From IMG/VR virus record IMGVR_UViG_3300047159_000046: a stretch of DNA of 64,000 nucleotides; one strand, given 5' to 3'. Under the pieces are notes generated by a model, which saw only the letters and a program-made list of their open reading frames with translations, had not been told where the DNA came from and made no database searches. Origin of the DNA: a virus (lineage: Duplodnaviria; Caudoviricetes). Below are positions 41,099 through 52,117 of the stretch, piece by piece; position 1 is the stretch's first letter, and each line of letters starts with the position of its first letter. Position numbers and translations under genes: made by a program.

Positions 41099-42187
41099 TT
41101 ATTTATCCGATTTCTGTCTGTTACAGGACACACATAACATCTGGCAATTCTCCCTTACCGTATGTCCTCCCTTTGACCATGGAATTTTATGGTCTGCCTC
41201 CATATCCTCTTCCTTGAAATATCCTCCACATATAGGACACATTCCCCCCTGTGCCTCATAGGCAGCCAGACGGTCACCAATACCGAATTTTCTTATGCTA
41301 AGAAATTTCTCTTTCCCTGTTATCAAATATGAATATATTCCGCTCTTAGATGTCACATCGTCATCCACTATAAGACGTTTTACCTCTGATTTTAAGAATC
41401 CCGTATCAAAATCCTTATCACCATAATCATTATACAATATTCCCCATTCAACATTTTTCTGCAACTTGGCTTTCTTTTCAAACAGTGTATCAACCCATGT
41501 GCATACAGAGTTGAAATATCTGTATAACGGAGCGGCATTCTGGTCATGCTGATGAATGGCCATATAATCCTCTATATCAATATGTTCTTTTGCTGATGCC
41601 CATTTAAGTACCGTTTCAAGATAATCCTGACGTTCCACGGAGCCATTCATATAATCGCTTCCCACCTTATATGCCACACAGTCCTTTTTGCAAAAGAATT
41701 TCTTGGCATCTGTCAACCACTCTCCTGTATATGAAGCATTCCTTAGTTCCTGATCGTTCAATGATTTTCCTGCGATATTGATTACCTTGAACCATTCAAG
41801 ACGCTCTTTCGGTGAACCGTCACAGAAATATATCTGCAATTTATAGTCCAGAATCTGATTCTTCTCCTCTTCTGTAAGATTGCTGAACAGCTTGTGTTCA
41901 AAAGTAAAATCATCATGGACATATCTGCATATACTTATACTGCGTTGCTGTCCGTCAAGAACCTCGTACCTGTCACCATTAACCGCCCAGTACATAACAT
42001 TAAGAGGAAAATTGTTAACAACGGTATTGACCACGGCATCCCTATCAGCATCCTTATATACGAATTCCCTCTGATAGGCAGGTCTGATATCCAGATTGCC
42101 TTTATATCCAAATACTCCCTCTTCGTTCTTGTCAATAAATCCATCTGATAAATCCCTTACAGATATTTCATGCAATGTTATTTTCAT
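41099..42187 (-). CDS. DUF262 (GmrSD/ParB-like) plus HNH endonuclease
   Basis: PAYQREFVY, VLDGQQR, F..IN..G..L, C-terminal CPICG..EADH..PWSKGG.T..NCQMLC..CN. Confidence 0.92.
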   Translation of the reverse strand: MKITLHEISVRDLSDGFIDKNEEGVFGYKGNLDIRPAYQREFVYKDADRDAVVNTVVNNFPLNVMYWAVNGDRYEVLDGQQRSISICRYVHDDFTFEHKLFSNLTEEEKNQILDYKLQIYFCDGSPKERLEWFKVINIAGKSLNDQELRNASYTGEWLTDAKKFFCKKDCVAYKVGSDYMNGSVERQDYLETVLKWASAKEHIDIEDYMAIHQHDQNAAPLYRYFNSVCTWVDTLFEKKAKLQKNVEWGILYNDYGDKDFDTGFLKSEVKRLIVDDDVTSKSGIYSYLITGKEKFLSIRKFGIGDRLAAYEAQGGMCPICGGYFKEEDMEADHKIPWSKGGHTVRENCQMLCVSCNRQKSDK

Positions 42188-42225
42188 GTTTTATTTATTT
42201 TATTTGATTGTTTGCTTGTTCTTTT

Positions 42226-42561
42226 TCAGATATTAGGGAAAGTGGTTACACAACAGGAATGTACCTCTGAATATATTCTGTTTTGTATATGTTCTGGTAA
42301 ATCGTTGTAATTCTTTATTTTAATATTCATATTGAGATCTTCTCCGTCATATTCCAATTCTGGCTCTTCGTATTCCATGGCAGGACAATCCTTTTTGATA
42401 TCAGCCAAAGCGGAATTTACCTTAAAAACCTCCTTCTCGGCTTCTTTTAGAGGAGTGTTTTCTCTTTGTAACTGTTCAAGTTCATTCTTTATCGCTTTAT
42501 TCTCATTGACAATAGACTGTATTTCTTTCATCAATGAAGACGTATGTTCATTATTGTTCAT
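42226..42561 (-). CDS. hypothetical coiled-coil protein
   Basis: ORF between MTase and nuclease. Confidence 0.65.
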   Translation of the reverse strand: MNNNEHTSSLMKEIQSIVNENKAIKNELEQLQRENTPLKEAEKEVFKVNSALADIKKDCPAMEYEEPELEYDGEDLNMNIKIKNYNDLPEHIQNRIYSEVHSCCVTTFPNI

Positions 42562-42563
42562 AT

Positions 42564-43532
42564 TTATTTTGCCTTATTATTTGTTCTTTTTATGAATATT
42601 CGTGTAAACGGAAATTTGATATTGTTTTTAGAATCAATTATATAAACATATCTCATGGAAGGAGATATATGAGTTTTATTACCAGATTCCTTGACTTTAT
42701 GACAAATATCAGCCCCAATCTGTTCGATACCTAATTGTTTACATATTTCCATATCAGCTGAGTATCCGATAATATCAAATTCAGTATAGTTGAAATGAAA
42801 GAACGATATCGGTACTCCCATGATGCCATCATAATCAACAGGGATATCTTTTAAATTATTTATGTCAATTGCCTTACTATAATTGGCATAATGGATATAA
42901 TTGTATTTACAATAATATTTTATAATTGGCAATTGTTCCTTTTTAGATAAGACTGGGAATGTGGTAAACCATACCACGTTACCAAACTTGATATCCTCAT
43001 TGGTGATAGACATAAAAGATTTTGCACCATTGTTGAATCCTATAAACAAACGTTTTTGCATCATAAAACGGAATATATCTTTTGAAGAAACCTGATTCAT
43101 ATTTCCCAAAACAATAAAATCCTTTTTATTCTGCATCATCAATGATACATATTCTCTGAATAAAGAGAAAGGAGGATTAGTAACAACTATGTCAGCCTGT
43201 TTCAACAGATTTATACACTCTTCGCTTCTAAAGTCGCCATTTCCATTTAAAAATGCCGTTGAATTGCAGGAGTCATAACAATAACCTGTACCTCCACTTC
43301 GATAACCAGTGACAATTAATCTTTTCAATTTCAATGTGTTATAATTATTTTTGAAATACAACACGAAATTTGATTGTAAACAATCATCATACACATCACA
43401 ATTACAATAAACCGTTTTGTCAGCAAAATATTCAGAATAATAGCACAATTCTTTCTCTATGTCTATCATTCTGGTATAGAATTCATCATTCTTTTCCACT
43501 TTTGCTTTTATAAGTGATATATTATGACTCAT
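42564..43532 (-). CDS. EcoRI-methylase-family adenine MTase, copy A (divergent)
   Basis: NDEFYT, YCNCD, GDFRS.EC, VVTNPPFSLFREY, GVPI. Confidence 0.9.
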   Translation of the reverse strand: MSHNISLIKAKVEKNDEFYTRMIDIEKELCYYSEYFADKTVYCNCDVYDDCLQSNFVLYFKNNYNTLKLKRLIVTGYRSGGTGYCYDSCNSTAFLNGNGDFRSEECINLLKQADIVVTNPPFSLFREYVSLMMQNKKDFIVLGNMNQVSSKDIFRFMMQKRLFIGFNNGAKSFMSITNEDIKFGNVVWFTTFPVLSKKEQLPIIKYYCKYNYIHYANYSKAIDINNLKDIPVDYDGIMGVPISFFHFNYTEFDIIGYSADMEICKQLGIEQIGADICHKVKESGNKTHISPSMRYVYIIDSKNNIKFPFTRIFIKRTNNKAK

Positions 43533-43585
43533 TGTTTTATGTTTATAACCACAAATATAATACTATTTTTTATCTTATGCAAATA

Positions 43586-44617
43586 TTATTTAATCTTTCT
43601 TATCAAAATACGAGCATACAATAGCTTTATATAGCCTTCCCTGTTAGATGATGTATAATATACTTTGCCTGCTGGCTTGTCATTCCACAATAAACAAGGA
43701 GCAGTATTTATTTTGCTTCCGTTAGAAGTGGTCCCATCTGGATTGTTTTGTAACGTATTTTCATACCTAAAAGATGGTCCCATTCCCAAATCAAAGCGGC
43801 CCTGGGTTATTCCCAATATTTCAAACTGTTTGGGGTTGTATTTGTCAAGAAATGTGATAGGTACACCCATAACACCATCATAATCCTCTGGTATATCACA
43901 AGTCTTGTCAACATTTATGGCGTCATAATTATCGTACTTCGGATATTCCTCTGGTGTGTATTTTCTGAACAATATAAGTTCCTCATTATGTTTTGATATC
44001 GGCAGAGTGGTATACCAAAATATATTTCCGAATTTTTGTTCCGTTCCTGCTGGAGTTTTGAAAGTCTTGTTGCCATTAAGATAACCTAATCCGATTCTGT
44101 TTTCTTTGATATACGGAAACACTTCTTTATACGTTATCGCATTCATGTTCCCCAGTATAACGAAATCTTTATTGTTATCCATAAGTACCTTGACATATTC
44201 TCGAAACAGAGAGAACGGAGGATTTGTGACCACAATATCCGCCTGCTTCAACAGCTCGATACATTCATCGCTTCGGAAGTCGCCATCGCCGTTGAGCTTT
44301 CTAACATCTTTCTCTATTTCCTTGCTAATATCAATCGACTTCGGATCCACTGTAGCGAAATTAGAATCCCAATAAAGTCCACAACCTACTGAATTATAGG
44401 CAGTTACAATAATACGCTTTAAGTGTAGAATATTGAACCGCATATAAAATCATTGAACGAAGTTTGATTTTACGGGATCATCGCAGTTGCAGTATATGGT
44501 TTTTCCGACAAACATATCCTTGTAGTGCATCAACTCTTTCTCAATATCTGTAAGTCGTGTAAAGAATTCATCATTCTTGTTTTTCTTTGCATTGCTTAAA
44601 TTTATATTTTTGCTCAT
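43586..44617 (-). pseudogene. EcoRI-methylase-family MTase, copy B (TGG>TGA at 44452-44450)
   Basis: Start MSKNINLS at 44617; in-frame stop at the Trp of FVQW. Confidence 0.8.
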
Positions 44618-44634
44618 TATTATTATATGTTTTA

Positions 44635-45669
44635 TTATTTTATCTTTCTTATCAAAATACGAGTATAGATAGGATGAATATAACCATCTCTATTTGATGC
44701 TGTATAATATATTTGATTTACAGGCTTTTCCTTATTCAAGAAACATGGTTCTGTATTTATTTTACTGCCATTAATAATAGATCCGTCTATATTATGACAT
44801 AATGCTTGTTCATATTTAAATGTTGGACCTATTCCAAATTCAAAACGACCACTTGTTTGACCCAATATCTCAAACTGTTTTGGATTATATTTGTCAAGAA
44901 ATGAAATCGGCACACCAATCACTCCGTCATAATCCTCTGGAATATCACATAGTTTATCCACATTAATGGCATCATAATTGTCGTACTTTGGATATGCTTC
45001 TGGAGTGTACTTTCTGAACAATATAAGCTCCTCATTGTGTTTGGAAATAGGGAATGTCGTATACCAACAAATATTAACAGTCTTTTCTTCCCCATTGGGA
45101 ATGATAAACGACTTTCCTCCATTTGTAAATCCCAATCCTATCTTATTGTTTTTGATATAAGGAAATACTTCTTTATATTTTAGAGCATTCATGTTTCCTA
45201 TAATTAAAAACTCTTTATTGTTATCCATAAGAACTTTGACATATTCTCTAAACAGCGAGAACGGAGGGTTTGTGACCACAATATCAGCCTGTTTCAACAG
45301 CTCTATACATTCCTCGCTTCTAAAGTCACCGTTCCCGTTGAGTTTCCTGACATCTTTCTCAATTTCCTTGCTGATATCAAGCGACTTCGGATCCACTGTA
45401 GCGAAATCGGAATCCCAATAATACCCCCACCCATTACAAGTATCTGAATTATAGGCAGTTACAATAACACGTTTCAAATGTAGAATATTGAACCGCATAT
45501 AGAACCACTGAACGAAGTTTGATTTGACGGGATCATCGCAGTTACAATAAATAGTTTTTCCTACAAACATATCTTTGTAGTGCATCAACTCCTTTTCGAT
45601 ATCCGTGAGCTTTGTATAAAACTCATCGTTCTTGGCCTTGTTGGCTCTATTCAATTTTTGATTGTTCAT
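44635..45669 (-). CDS. EcoRI-methylase-family adenine MTase, copy C
   Basis: Intact, NPPF motif, own promoter ~45688-45697. Confidence 0.92.
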   Translation of the reverse strand: MNNQKLNRANKAKNDEFYTKLTDIEKELMHYKDMFVGKTIYCNCDDPVKSNFVQWFYMRFNILHLKRVIVTAYNSDTCNGWGYYWDSDFATVDPKSLDISKEIEKDVRKLNGNGDFRSEECIELLKQADIVVTNPPFSLFREYVKVLMDNNKEFLIIGNMNALKYKEVFPYIKNNKIGLGFTNGGKSFIIPNGEEKTVNICWYTTFPISKHNEELILFRKYTPEAYPKYDNYDAINVDKLCDIPEDYDGVIGVPISFLDKYNPKQFEILGQTSGRFEFGIGPTFKYEQALCHNIDGSIINGSKINTEPCFLNKEKPVNQIYYTASNRDGYIHPIYTRILIRKIK

Positions 45670-45772
45670 TTTTTATTTGTTTTACAGCACAAAGATACAA
45701 ACCAAAAGTCACAAAAGCAAAAAAAACAGACACATTTCTGCATCTGTTTAAGAATTATTAACAAAATTGGTT

Positions 45773-46126
45773 TTATCGTTTCATATCATTGTCAAATATT
45801 ATTTCAATATTTGGACTTAAATCGGCACAATTAACAGGACCAATAAGCAAGTCTCCCTCGTATTTTCCGAGAAACTCACTCCACATCTCTGTTTCGTCTT
45901 TCTGATATTCAGGATTGTCTCTTCTGATGCTTTCGGGAGCCACCTCTACCACATGAAATTCAGTTGAGTGGTCATAGTAATATCTGATATGGATATCTTT
46001 ATATTTATTTGACCATTTATCAAGATATGATTTAATAAAAACAGCTTCTGTATCTTTCATTCTACCAATTTGTATTAGGGAAAACCACATTATCGGGCCA
46101 TAAATCTTTCTGTCCGTCTTTGTCAA
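45773..46126 (-). CDS. hypothetical protein
   Basis: ORF; start probably MKDTE. Confidence 0.6.
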   Translation of the reverse strand: MTKTDRKIYGPIMWFSLIQIGRMKDTEAVFIKSYLDKWSNKYKDIHIRYYYDHSTEFHVVEVAPESIRRDNPEYQKDETEMWSEFLGKYEGDLLIGPVNCADLSPNIEIIFDNDMKR

Positions 46127-46622
46127 TGCTGAAAATAAGACTATCGTTGTGTGTTATGGCTTCATGAAACAGGAGCTGATTTCCCAGTTCTATTTCCTGA
46201 CGGGCAGAACATGCAATTTGCAAAGCCACTCCTACACAAGAAAACATATTGCCGTAATTATTAAATAATTGCGTGGCAAAATCAACAGCCTTACCATAAT
46301 CCTTTAAAGACATCATTGGTTCATAGCTTCCCATTAATTGTTGAAGTTGCGCCTTGTTTTCATCTTTTGGAACCTTTTTTATTCCCACAACAGTTAAAGA
46401 ACTCTCCGCACCATATTTAAATGATTCAAGTTTGGATACTTCATCATCAGTAAGAAGTCTGTATGAATAATCCTTATTAAAAAACTCGCTATTAGGATTG
46501 ATAAGTTCAGATGCTCCTGTGTTAAACAACGCTTTTTCAAAAGACATGGGCACAAAAGCATACACAACGACACCATCATCTTTTTGATAATGAACCTCAT
46601 AAAAATCCAGTAATTTATTCAT
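46062..46622 (-). CDS. hypothetical protein
   Basis: Start probably MNKLL; promoter ~46648-46656. Confidence 0.7.
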   Translation of the reverse strand: MNKLLDFYEVHYQKDDGVVVYAFVPMSFEKALFNTGASELINPNSEFFNKDYSYRLLTDDEVSKLESFKYGAESSLTVVGIKKVPKDENKAQLQQLMGSYEPMMSLKDYGKAVDFATQLFNNYGNMFSCVGVALQIACSARQEIELGNQLLFHEAITHNDSLIFSIDKDGQKDLWPDNVVFPNTNW

Positions 46623-46680
46623 ATCTGATTTTAATATTTTATTATTACACAAAGATAGATATTTATTTTGACTATACAAT

Positions 46681-47637
46681 CTATTTTAACATCTTTCTTT
46701 TGATTATAATTCTTTGATATACACATTTCCCATTAATCTTTGATAGATATTTTCCTTGTATTTTTTCTGTAGGTCCACCATCAAGAGATGAATATCTACC
46801 AATAGAGTCTACAATTTCAAACTGTTTGGGATTATATTTGTCCATAAACGAAATAGGAACACCCATCAGTCCATAATAATCAGCAGGTATATCACACGTT
46901 TTATCCACGTTAATGGCATCATAATCATCGTACTTCGGATATAATTCTGGAGTGTATTTCCGAAACAACACAAGTTCTTCATTATGTTTTTCAATCGGAA
47001 AAGTTGTATACCAACATATTGCAGGCACTTTAACTACTCCATTCTCCGAGTTATAAGTATCAGGAACATCGAACTCCATTACTTTATTAAAACCATAACC
47101 TGTACGTATCTTGTTCTCCTTGACATACGGAAATACTGCATAATATTTCAGCGCATTCATATTTCCCATAACAACGAAATCTTTATTGTTGTCCATAAGA
47201 ACTGTCATATATTCCCTGAACAGCGAGAACGGAGGATTTGTGACCACAATATCAGCCTGTTTCAACAGTTCGATACACTCATCACTTCGGAAATCACCGT
47301 TACCATTGAGTTTCCTCACATCCTTTGATATTTCCTTGCTGATATCAATGGACTTAGGGTCCACTGTAGCAAAATCGGAATCCCAATAATACCCCCCCCC
47401 GTTGCAAGTATCTGAATTATAAGCAGTTACGATAATGCGTTTTAAGTGCAAGATATTGAACCGCATATAGAACCATTGAACAAAGTTGGACTTGACAGGA
47501 TCATCGCAATTACAGTAGATTGTCTTTCCTACAAACATATCCTTGTAGTGCATCAGCTCTTTCTCGATATCTGTAAGTTTTGTATAAAATTCATCGTTCT
47601 TGGCCTTTTGGGCTTCCTTCAATTTTTTGGTATCCAT
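46681..47637 (-). CDS. EcoRI-methylase-family adenine MTase, copy D
   Basis: Start MDTKK; NPPF; in-frame G9 tract at 47392-47400. Confidence 0.92.
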   Translation of the reverse strand: MDTKKLKEAQKAKNDEFYTKLTDIEKELMHYKDMFVGKTIYCNCDDPVKSNFVQWFYMRFNILHLKRIIVTAYNSDTCNGGGYYWDSDFATVDPKSIDISKEISKDVRKLNGNGDFRSDECIELLKQADIVVTNPPFSLFREYMTVLMDNNKDFVVMGNMNALKYYAVFPYVKENKIRTGYGFNKVMEFDVPDTYNSENGVVKVPAICWYTTFPIEKHNEELVLFRKYTPELYPKYDDYDAINVDKTCDIPADYYGLMGVPISFMDKYNPKQFEIVDSIGRYSSLDGGPTEKIQGKYLSKINGKCVYQRIIIKRKMLK

Positions 47638-47641
47638 ATTT

Positions 47642-48250
47642 TTAATTCCAATATTCGGCAGCTTCGTCAAAATTAAGATAGAAATGGATTCCGCCTGCAC
47701 ATTCAAAAGAGAAATCATCATTGTAGTTATCACATACAATCATTTCTCCCAATTTATATATAAAATCTTTATCATTGATAGAAACGGCCTGTTTCTTGTT
47801 GCTATGCTTCCTGTTTAAATCAAGAATCTCAATTACCTTGGCCTTGTCACATCTGTATCTATTTTCGTCAGATAACGACAAACATCTTTTTGCATCCTCT
47901 GGTATTTCCAATTTGACAATAAGATTGTCCTTGCATTTTTTATAGCCAATCATTTTTTTGTTTTGAGGAGCTGGAGTATATCCATCAACACGAATCCATG
48001 AGCCATCACGCATTTTCATCCATGGCAATCTTATTTCAGATGCCCATTCGCTTAACAATACGGTTCCTCCTGCTGTAATATAATTCCATTCCTTATTCTT
48101 ATTCTGAATAAAATACGAACCATCACATCGCCATGTAAACGCCATTAACAGATTTTCGTCAAACAATTTATTATCATTATTGTCAACAAAATTATAACTG
48201 TTTTTATAGTTCTCAGTATATTTTACCCAATGATACTTTTTGTTTTCCAT
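47642..48250 (-). CDS. DUF5758-like domain protein
   Basis: IGYKKC..IVKLEIPEDAKR..RCDKAKV..ECAGGIHF. Confidence 0.7.
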   Translation of the reverse strand: MENKKYHWVKYTENYKNSYNFVDNNDNKLFDENLLMAFTWRCDGSYFIQNKNKEWNYITAGGTVLLSEWASEIRLPWMKMRDGSWIRVDGYTPAPQNKKMIGYKKCKDNLIVKLEIPEDAKRCLSLSDENRYRCDKAKVIEILDLNRKHSNKKQAVSINDKDFIYKLGEMIVCDNYNDDFSFECAGGIHFYLNFDEAAEYWN

Positions 48251-48679
48251 CTATGAAATCTTTTTTAATTCAGCATCAACATGAATAGGTTCATTCAATG
48301 TTTCCCATTCTGTGATATAATTGGAATCAACTGGTTTGCCACCATTGAACGTGTATATGGTAATATGCGGATTTTGATTGACACACATATCCGAATTGAC
48401 ATCGGTCATAAATGCCATTGCCTTGTCTGATCGACCGATAGCTGTAACATTAAAATCGAATTTTGTATGATTGCTTTGAATCCAAAAATCAAGTTTTTGT
48501 TTCAGATCCTCATTCCCATTAATTTTTGAACAATGCAACAATGTACAATGGTCCAGATACAGTCTGGCATCTTCTGGAACTAATCCATCAGCATATCTTT
48601 TTACATCTTTCAACAGTTTATTTCTCGAATCATCTGTAAGAAACAAGCCATAATAAATGAAATCACAATTTTTTCCCAT
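48251..48679 (-). CDS. 2H phosphoesterase (2',3'-cyclic phosphodiesterase-like)
   Basis: Two HxT motifs (HCTL, PHITI) and KPVDSN. Confidence 0.8.
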   Translation of the reverse strand: MGKNCDFIYYGLFLTDDSRNKLLKDVKRYADGLVPEDARLYLDHCTLLHCSKINGNEDLKQKLDFWIQSNHTKFDFNVTAIGRSDKAMAFMTDVNSDMCVNQNPHITIYTFNGGKPVDSNYITEWETLNEPIHVDAELKKIS

Positions 48680-49739
48680 CTATATATCTTTTTGTTTTTT
48701 TACCGTCTTTAATAATAGTGATGCTTCCATAAGCATCAACTGGACTGCCATTATCTATTTTTTCATCAAGTATGTATTTGCCATCCAAATCTGCATAATT
48801 GACCATTAGATCCTCATCCATGACCTTGATATAACCATTGGAATACATAACACTGTACCACCAATCTGGCAATATGAATTGTCTGGTTCTTAAATCAAAA
48901 TAATTCATTTTTCCGTCATGTAATACCTTGCATAACATAGTCTTATCCCATCTTCTTTCAGGATTCCATATAACCATATTCTCCACCTCTTTTACCACCA
49001 TTCCAGCATCGTTCTTTTCCTCATCAGTTTTGAGTGTAAGAATGTGTTTCAGCTTATCCTCGTAGGCTTTGGTGTTTTCAGAACAGATAAGATGGGACTT
49101 GTTATTCTTATCAATAAAAACAGAATAATATTTATCCTCCACATCATCATACTCAAAACATCCAGTTTTGACAACATACTTATCACTATATATATTACTT
49201 ACAACATTTCTGTTATTATATCCAGTGTCTAAAAAGGTGATATAATTATATTGTAACTTATTATTTTCTTGCTTATTTTCCTCACAAATATTAGCCAATT
49301 TTCCCGCAAAAGGCGCAGCCTTATAATAGGTTCTGGATTGAATATAATTGTTTTCATTCTCAAAATAAAATCTCCCCTCCATTCTGTCATATATTAATTT
49401 CAGCAAGTAACCCTTATAATAACGCTCAAAGTAGTTTTTCGTCATGGTTCCTTGAAATTGAATCATTCTGGCAGTATATTGGGTATGGTCGGTTGCAAAT
49501 TCGTTTGTACCAGCGGTTACCAACAGTCTCAAAACATAGATATGGTTGGAATATTCATTTTTTAAAGCATCAAAAGGAGAGTTATATACCAAAAGGTCTC
49601 CGCAATTCTTATTGTTTTTGGTTTTATAAGACACCTTGATCTCATGATCCTTATCATTGGGATCAATACAGAAACCCTCGGATGTATAGAATTTACTATT
49701 TCTCCTAACCGCTGTTTTATAACACATGAATCCTACCAT
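48663..49739 (-). CDS. hypothetical protein with short beta repeats
   Basis: Repeated NY.D..G..IL pattern. Confidence 0.75.
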   Translation of the reverse strand: MVGFMCYKTAVRRNSKFYTSEGFCIDPNDKDHEIKVSYKTKNNKNCGDLLVYNSPFDALKNEYSNHIYVLRLLVTAGTNEFATDHTQYTARMIQFQGTMTKNYFERYYKGYLLKLIYDRMEGRFYFENENNYIQSRTYYKAAPFAGKLANICEENKQENNKLQYNYITFLDTGYNNRNVVSNIYSDKYVVKTGCFEYDDVEDKYYSVFIDKNNKSHLICSENTKAYEDKLKHILTLKTDEEKNDAGMVVKEVENMVIWNPERRWDKTMLCKVLHDGKMNYFDLRTRQFILPDWWYSVMYSNGYIKVMDEDLMVNYADLDGKYILDEKIDNGSPVDAYGSITIIKDGKKTKRYIDGKKL

Positions 49740-49802
49740 ATTTATTTAGTTTTATTTGTTTTACAACGCAAAGATACAAACAATATTTCAATCCTGCAAA
49801 TA

Positions 49803-50698
49803 TTATTCAATCTTTTTTATAAATATTCTGGAATACATTCTTTTTCCTGCGACATAACCTCTTCCTCTATCTATATTCAAACTGTACTCATTCCCAATAA
49901 TTTCAAACTGTTTCGGATTATATTTATCCAGAAATGAAATCGGCACACCAATCACTCCGTCATAATCCTCTGGAATATCACATAGTTTATCCACATTAAT
50001 GGCATCATAATTGTCGTACTTCGGATATGATTCTGGAGTGTACTTTCTGAACAATATAAGCTCCTCATTGTGTTTGGAAATAGGGAATGTCGTATACCAA
50101 CAAATATTAACAGTCTTTTTCTTCCCCATTGGGAATGATAAACGACTTTCCTCCATTTGTAAATCCCAATCCTATCTTGTTGTTTTTGATATAAGGAAAC
50201 ACTTCTTTATACGTTATCGCATTCATGTTCCCCAGTATAACAAAATCTTTATTGTTATCCATCAAGTACTTTGACATACTCCCGAAACAGCGAGAACGGA
50301 GGATTTGTGACCACAATATCAGCTTGCTTTAACAGCTCGATACATTCATCGCTTCTAAAGTCACCATTCCGTTAAGTTTCCTGAACGTCTTTCTCAATTT
50401 CCTTGCTGATATCAATCGACTTCGGGTCCACTGTAGCAAAATCGGAATCCCAATAAAGTCCACAACCTACTGAATTATAAGCAGTTACAATAATTCTCTT
50501 TAAGTGTAAAATATTGAACCGCATATAGAACCACTTAACAAAGTTAGACTTGACAGGATCATCGCAATTACAGTAGATTGTCTTTCCTACAAACATCTCC
50601 TTGTAGTGCATCAATTCTTTTTCGACATCTGTCAGTTTGGTGTAGAATTCATCATTCTTGTTTTTCTTTGCATTGCTTAAATTTATATTTTTGCTCAT
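49803..50698 (-). pseudogene. EcoRI-methylase-family MTase, copy E (frameshifted)
   Basis: ORF fragments 50372-50698, 50107-50316, 49803-50156 reconstitute one gene; may be sequencing indels. Confidence 0.8.
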
Positions 50699-50716
50699 TA
50701 TATATTATATGTTTTA

Positions 50717-51728
50717 TTATTTTCTCTTTCTTATCAAAATACGAATATACAACTGTTTTATATAGCCCTCCCTGTTAGATGCTGTATAATATACTTTATC
50801 TGCAGGCTTGTCCTTAAATAATAAACAAGGGGCGGTATTTATTTTGCTTCCGTTGGAAGTGGTCCCATCTGGATTGTTTTGTAACGTGTTTTCATATTTG
50901 ACAGTTGGACCTATTCCAAATTCAAAACGACCACTCGTTTGTCCCAATATATCAAACTGGTTTGGATTATATTTCTCTATGAAAGAAATAGGAACACCCA
51001 TCGCACCATCATAATCATATGGTATATCGCACGTCTTGTCAACATTAATAGCATCATAATTGTCGTATTTGGGAAACTCTTCGGGAGTGTAGTGCTTATA
51101 TAATATAAGTTCTTCATTATGTTTGGCAATCGGCAAAGTTGTGTACCAAAAGATGTTTCCGAATTTTTGTTCCGTTCCTGCTGGAGTTTTGAAAGTCTTG
51201 ACCTCCATTAAGATGATAACCTAAGCCAATTTGTTCTCCTTGATATACGGGAATACTTCTTTATATTTTATAGCGTTCATGTTTCCAAGAATAACAAAAT
51301 CTTTATTGTTATCCATCAACACTTTAACATATTCTCTGAACAGCGAGAACGGAGGATTGGTGACCACAATATCCGCCTGCTTTAACAGCTCGATACATTC
51401 ATCGCTTCTAAATCACCGTTTCCGTTAAGTTTCCTGACATCTTTTCATATTTCTTTGCTGATATCAATCGACTTCGGGTCCACTGTAGCAAAATCGGAAT
51501 CCCAATAATCCCCCCCCCCCGTTACAAGCAGCTGAATTAAAAGCAGTTACAATAATACGTTTCAAGTGTAATATATTGAAATTCATATAGAACCACTTTA
51601 CAAAGTTTGATTTTGTTGGATTGTCGCAATTACAGTAGATAGTTTTACCGACAAACATATCTTTGTAGTGCATCAACTCTTTTTCGATGTCTGTATTCTG
51701 AGTTTTGTATAGAACTCATCGTTCTTCA
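50717..51728 (-). pseudogene. EcoRI-methylase-family MTase, copy F (frameshifted, N-terminus lost)
   Basis: Begins at KNDEFYT abutting the RNA ligase fragment; G11 tract 51510-51520 out of frame. Confidence 0.8.
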
Positions 51729-52100
51729 AGAACTTTCACTGCCGTACATTTCACCAAATACTTCTATAACTGCGTCAGAATGTAAATCAAACACGTCTCC
51801 GCACGCTTTATTGAGTTTATCTATAATGGTTTGATGTAAAGCCTTATGTCGTGGCTCAAAAAAAGCAGATTCTGTTTTACCTCTGGCGTATATATTTGCG
51901 GTTTCGGTTTCGGAACTTGTTTCTATCACAAAAGATGTGTTTGTACCGTCAATCTTTTCGGTGGAGTACATCTTGATACCCTCATCGAACATCCATTTTG
52001 CAACGGGAGAAACAAATTCTGGGACAATGCAATTGGTTGCTTTGTCTCTCATAAATACAGTGTTGATTTTCTGATAAAAACTATGTTTTGATTTGCTCAT
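51726..52100 (-). pseudogene. RNA ligase (Rnl2-like) N-terminal fragment
   Basis: YQKINT, motif I TEKIDGTN, motif III VFGEMYG, then abrupt end. Confidence 0.75.
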
Positions 52101-52117
52101 ATATTTATAATATTAAG

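Noticed and set aside
42564-51728. Diversity-generating retroelement or invertible shufflon
   Set aside because: No reverse transcriptase or recombinase in the window, differences are not adenine-specific, and all copies are co-oriented
49803-51728. Programmed frameshifting in methylase copies E and F
   Set aside because: Multiple scattered indels, also in unrelated genes (~38156, ~55870, ~6415), fit sequencing error or decay better
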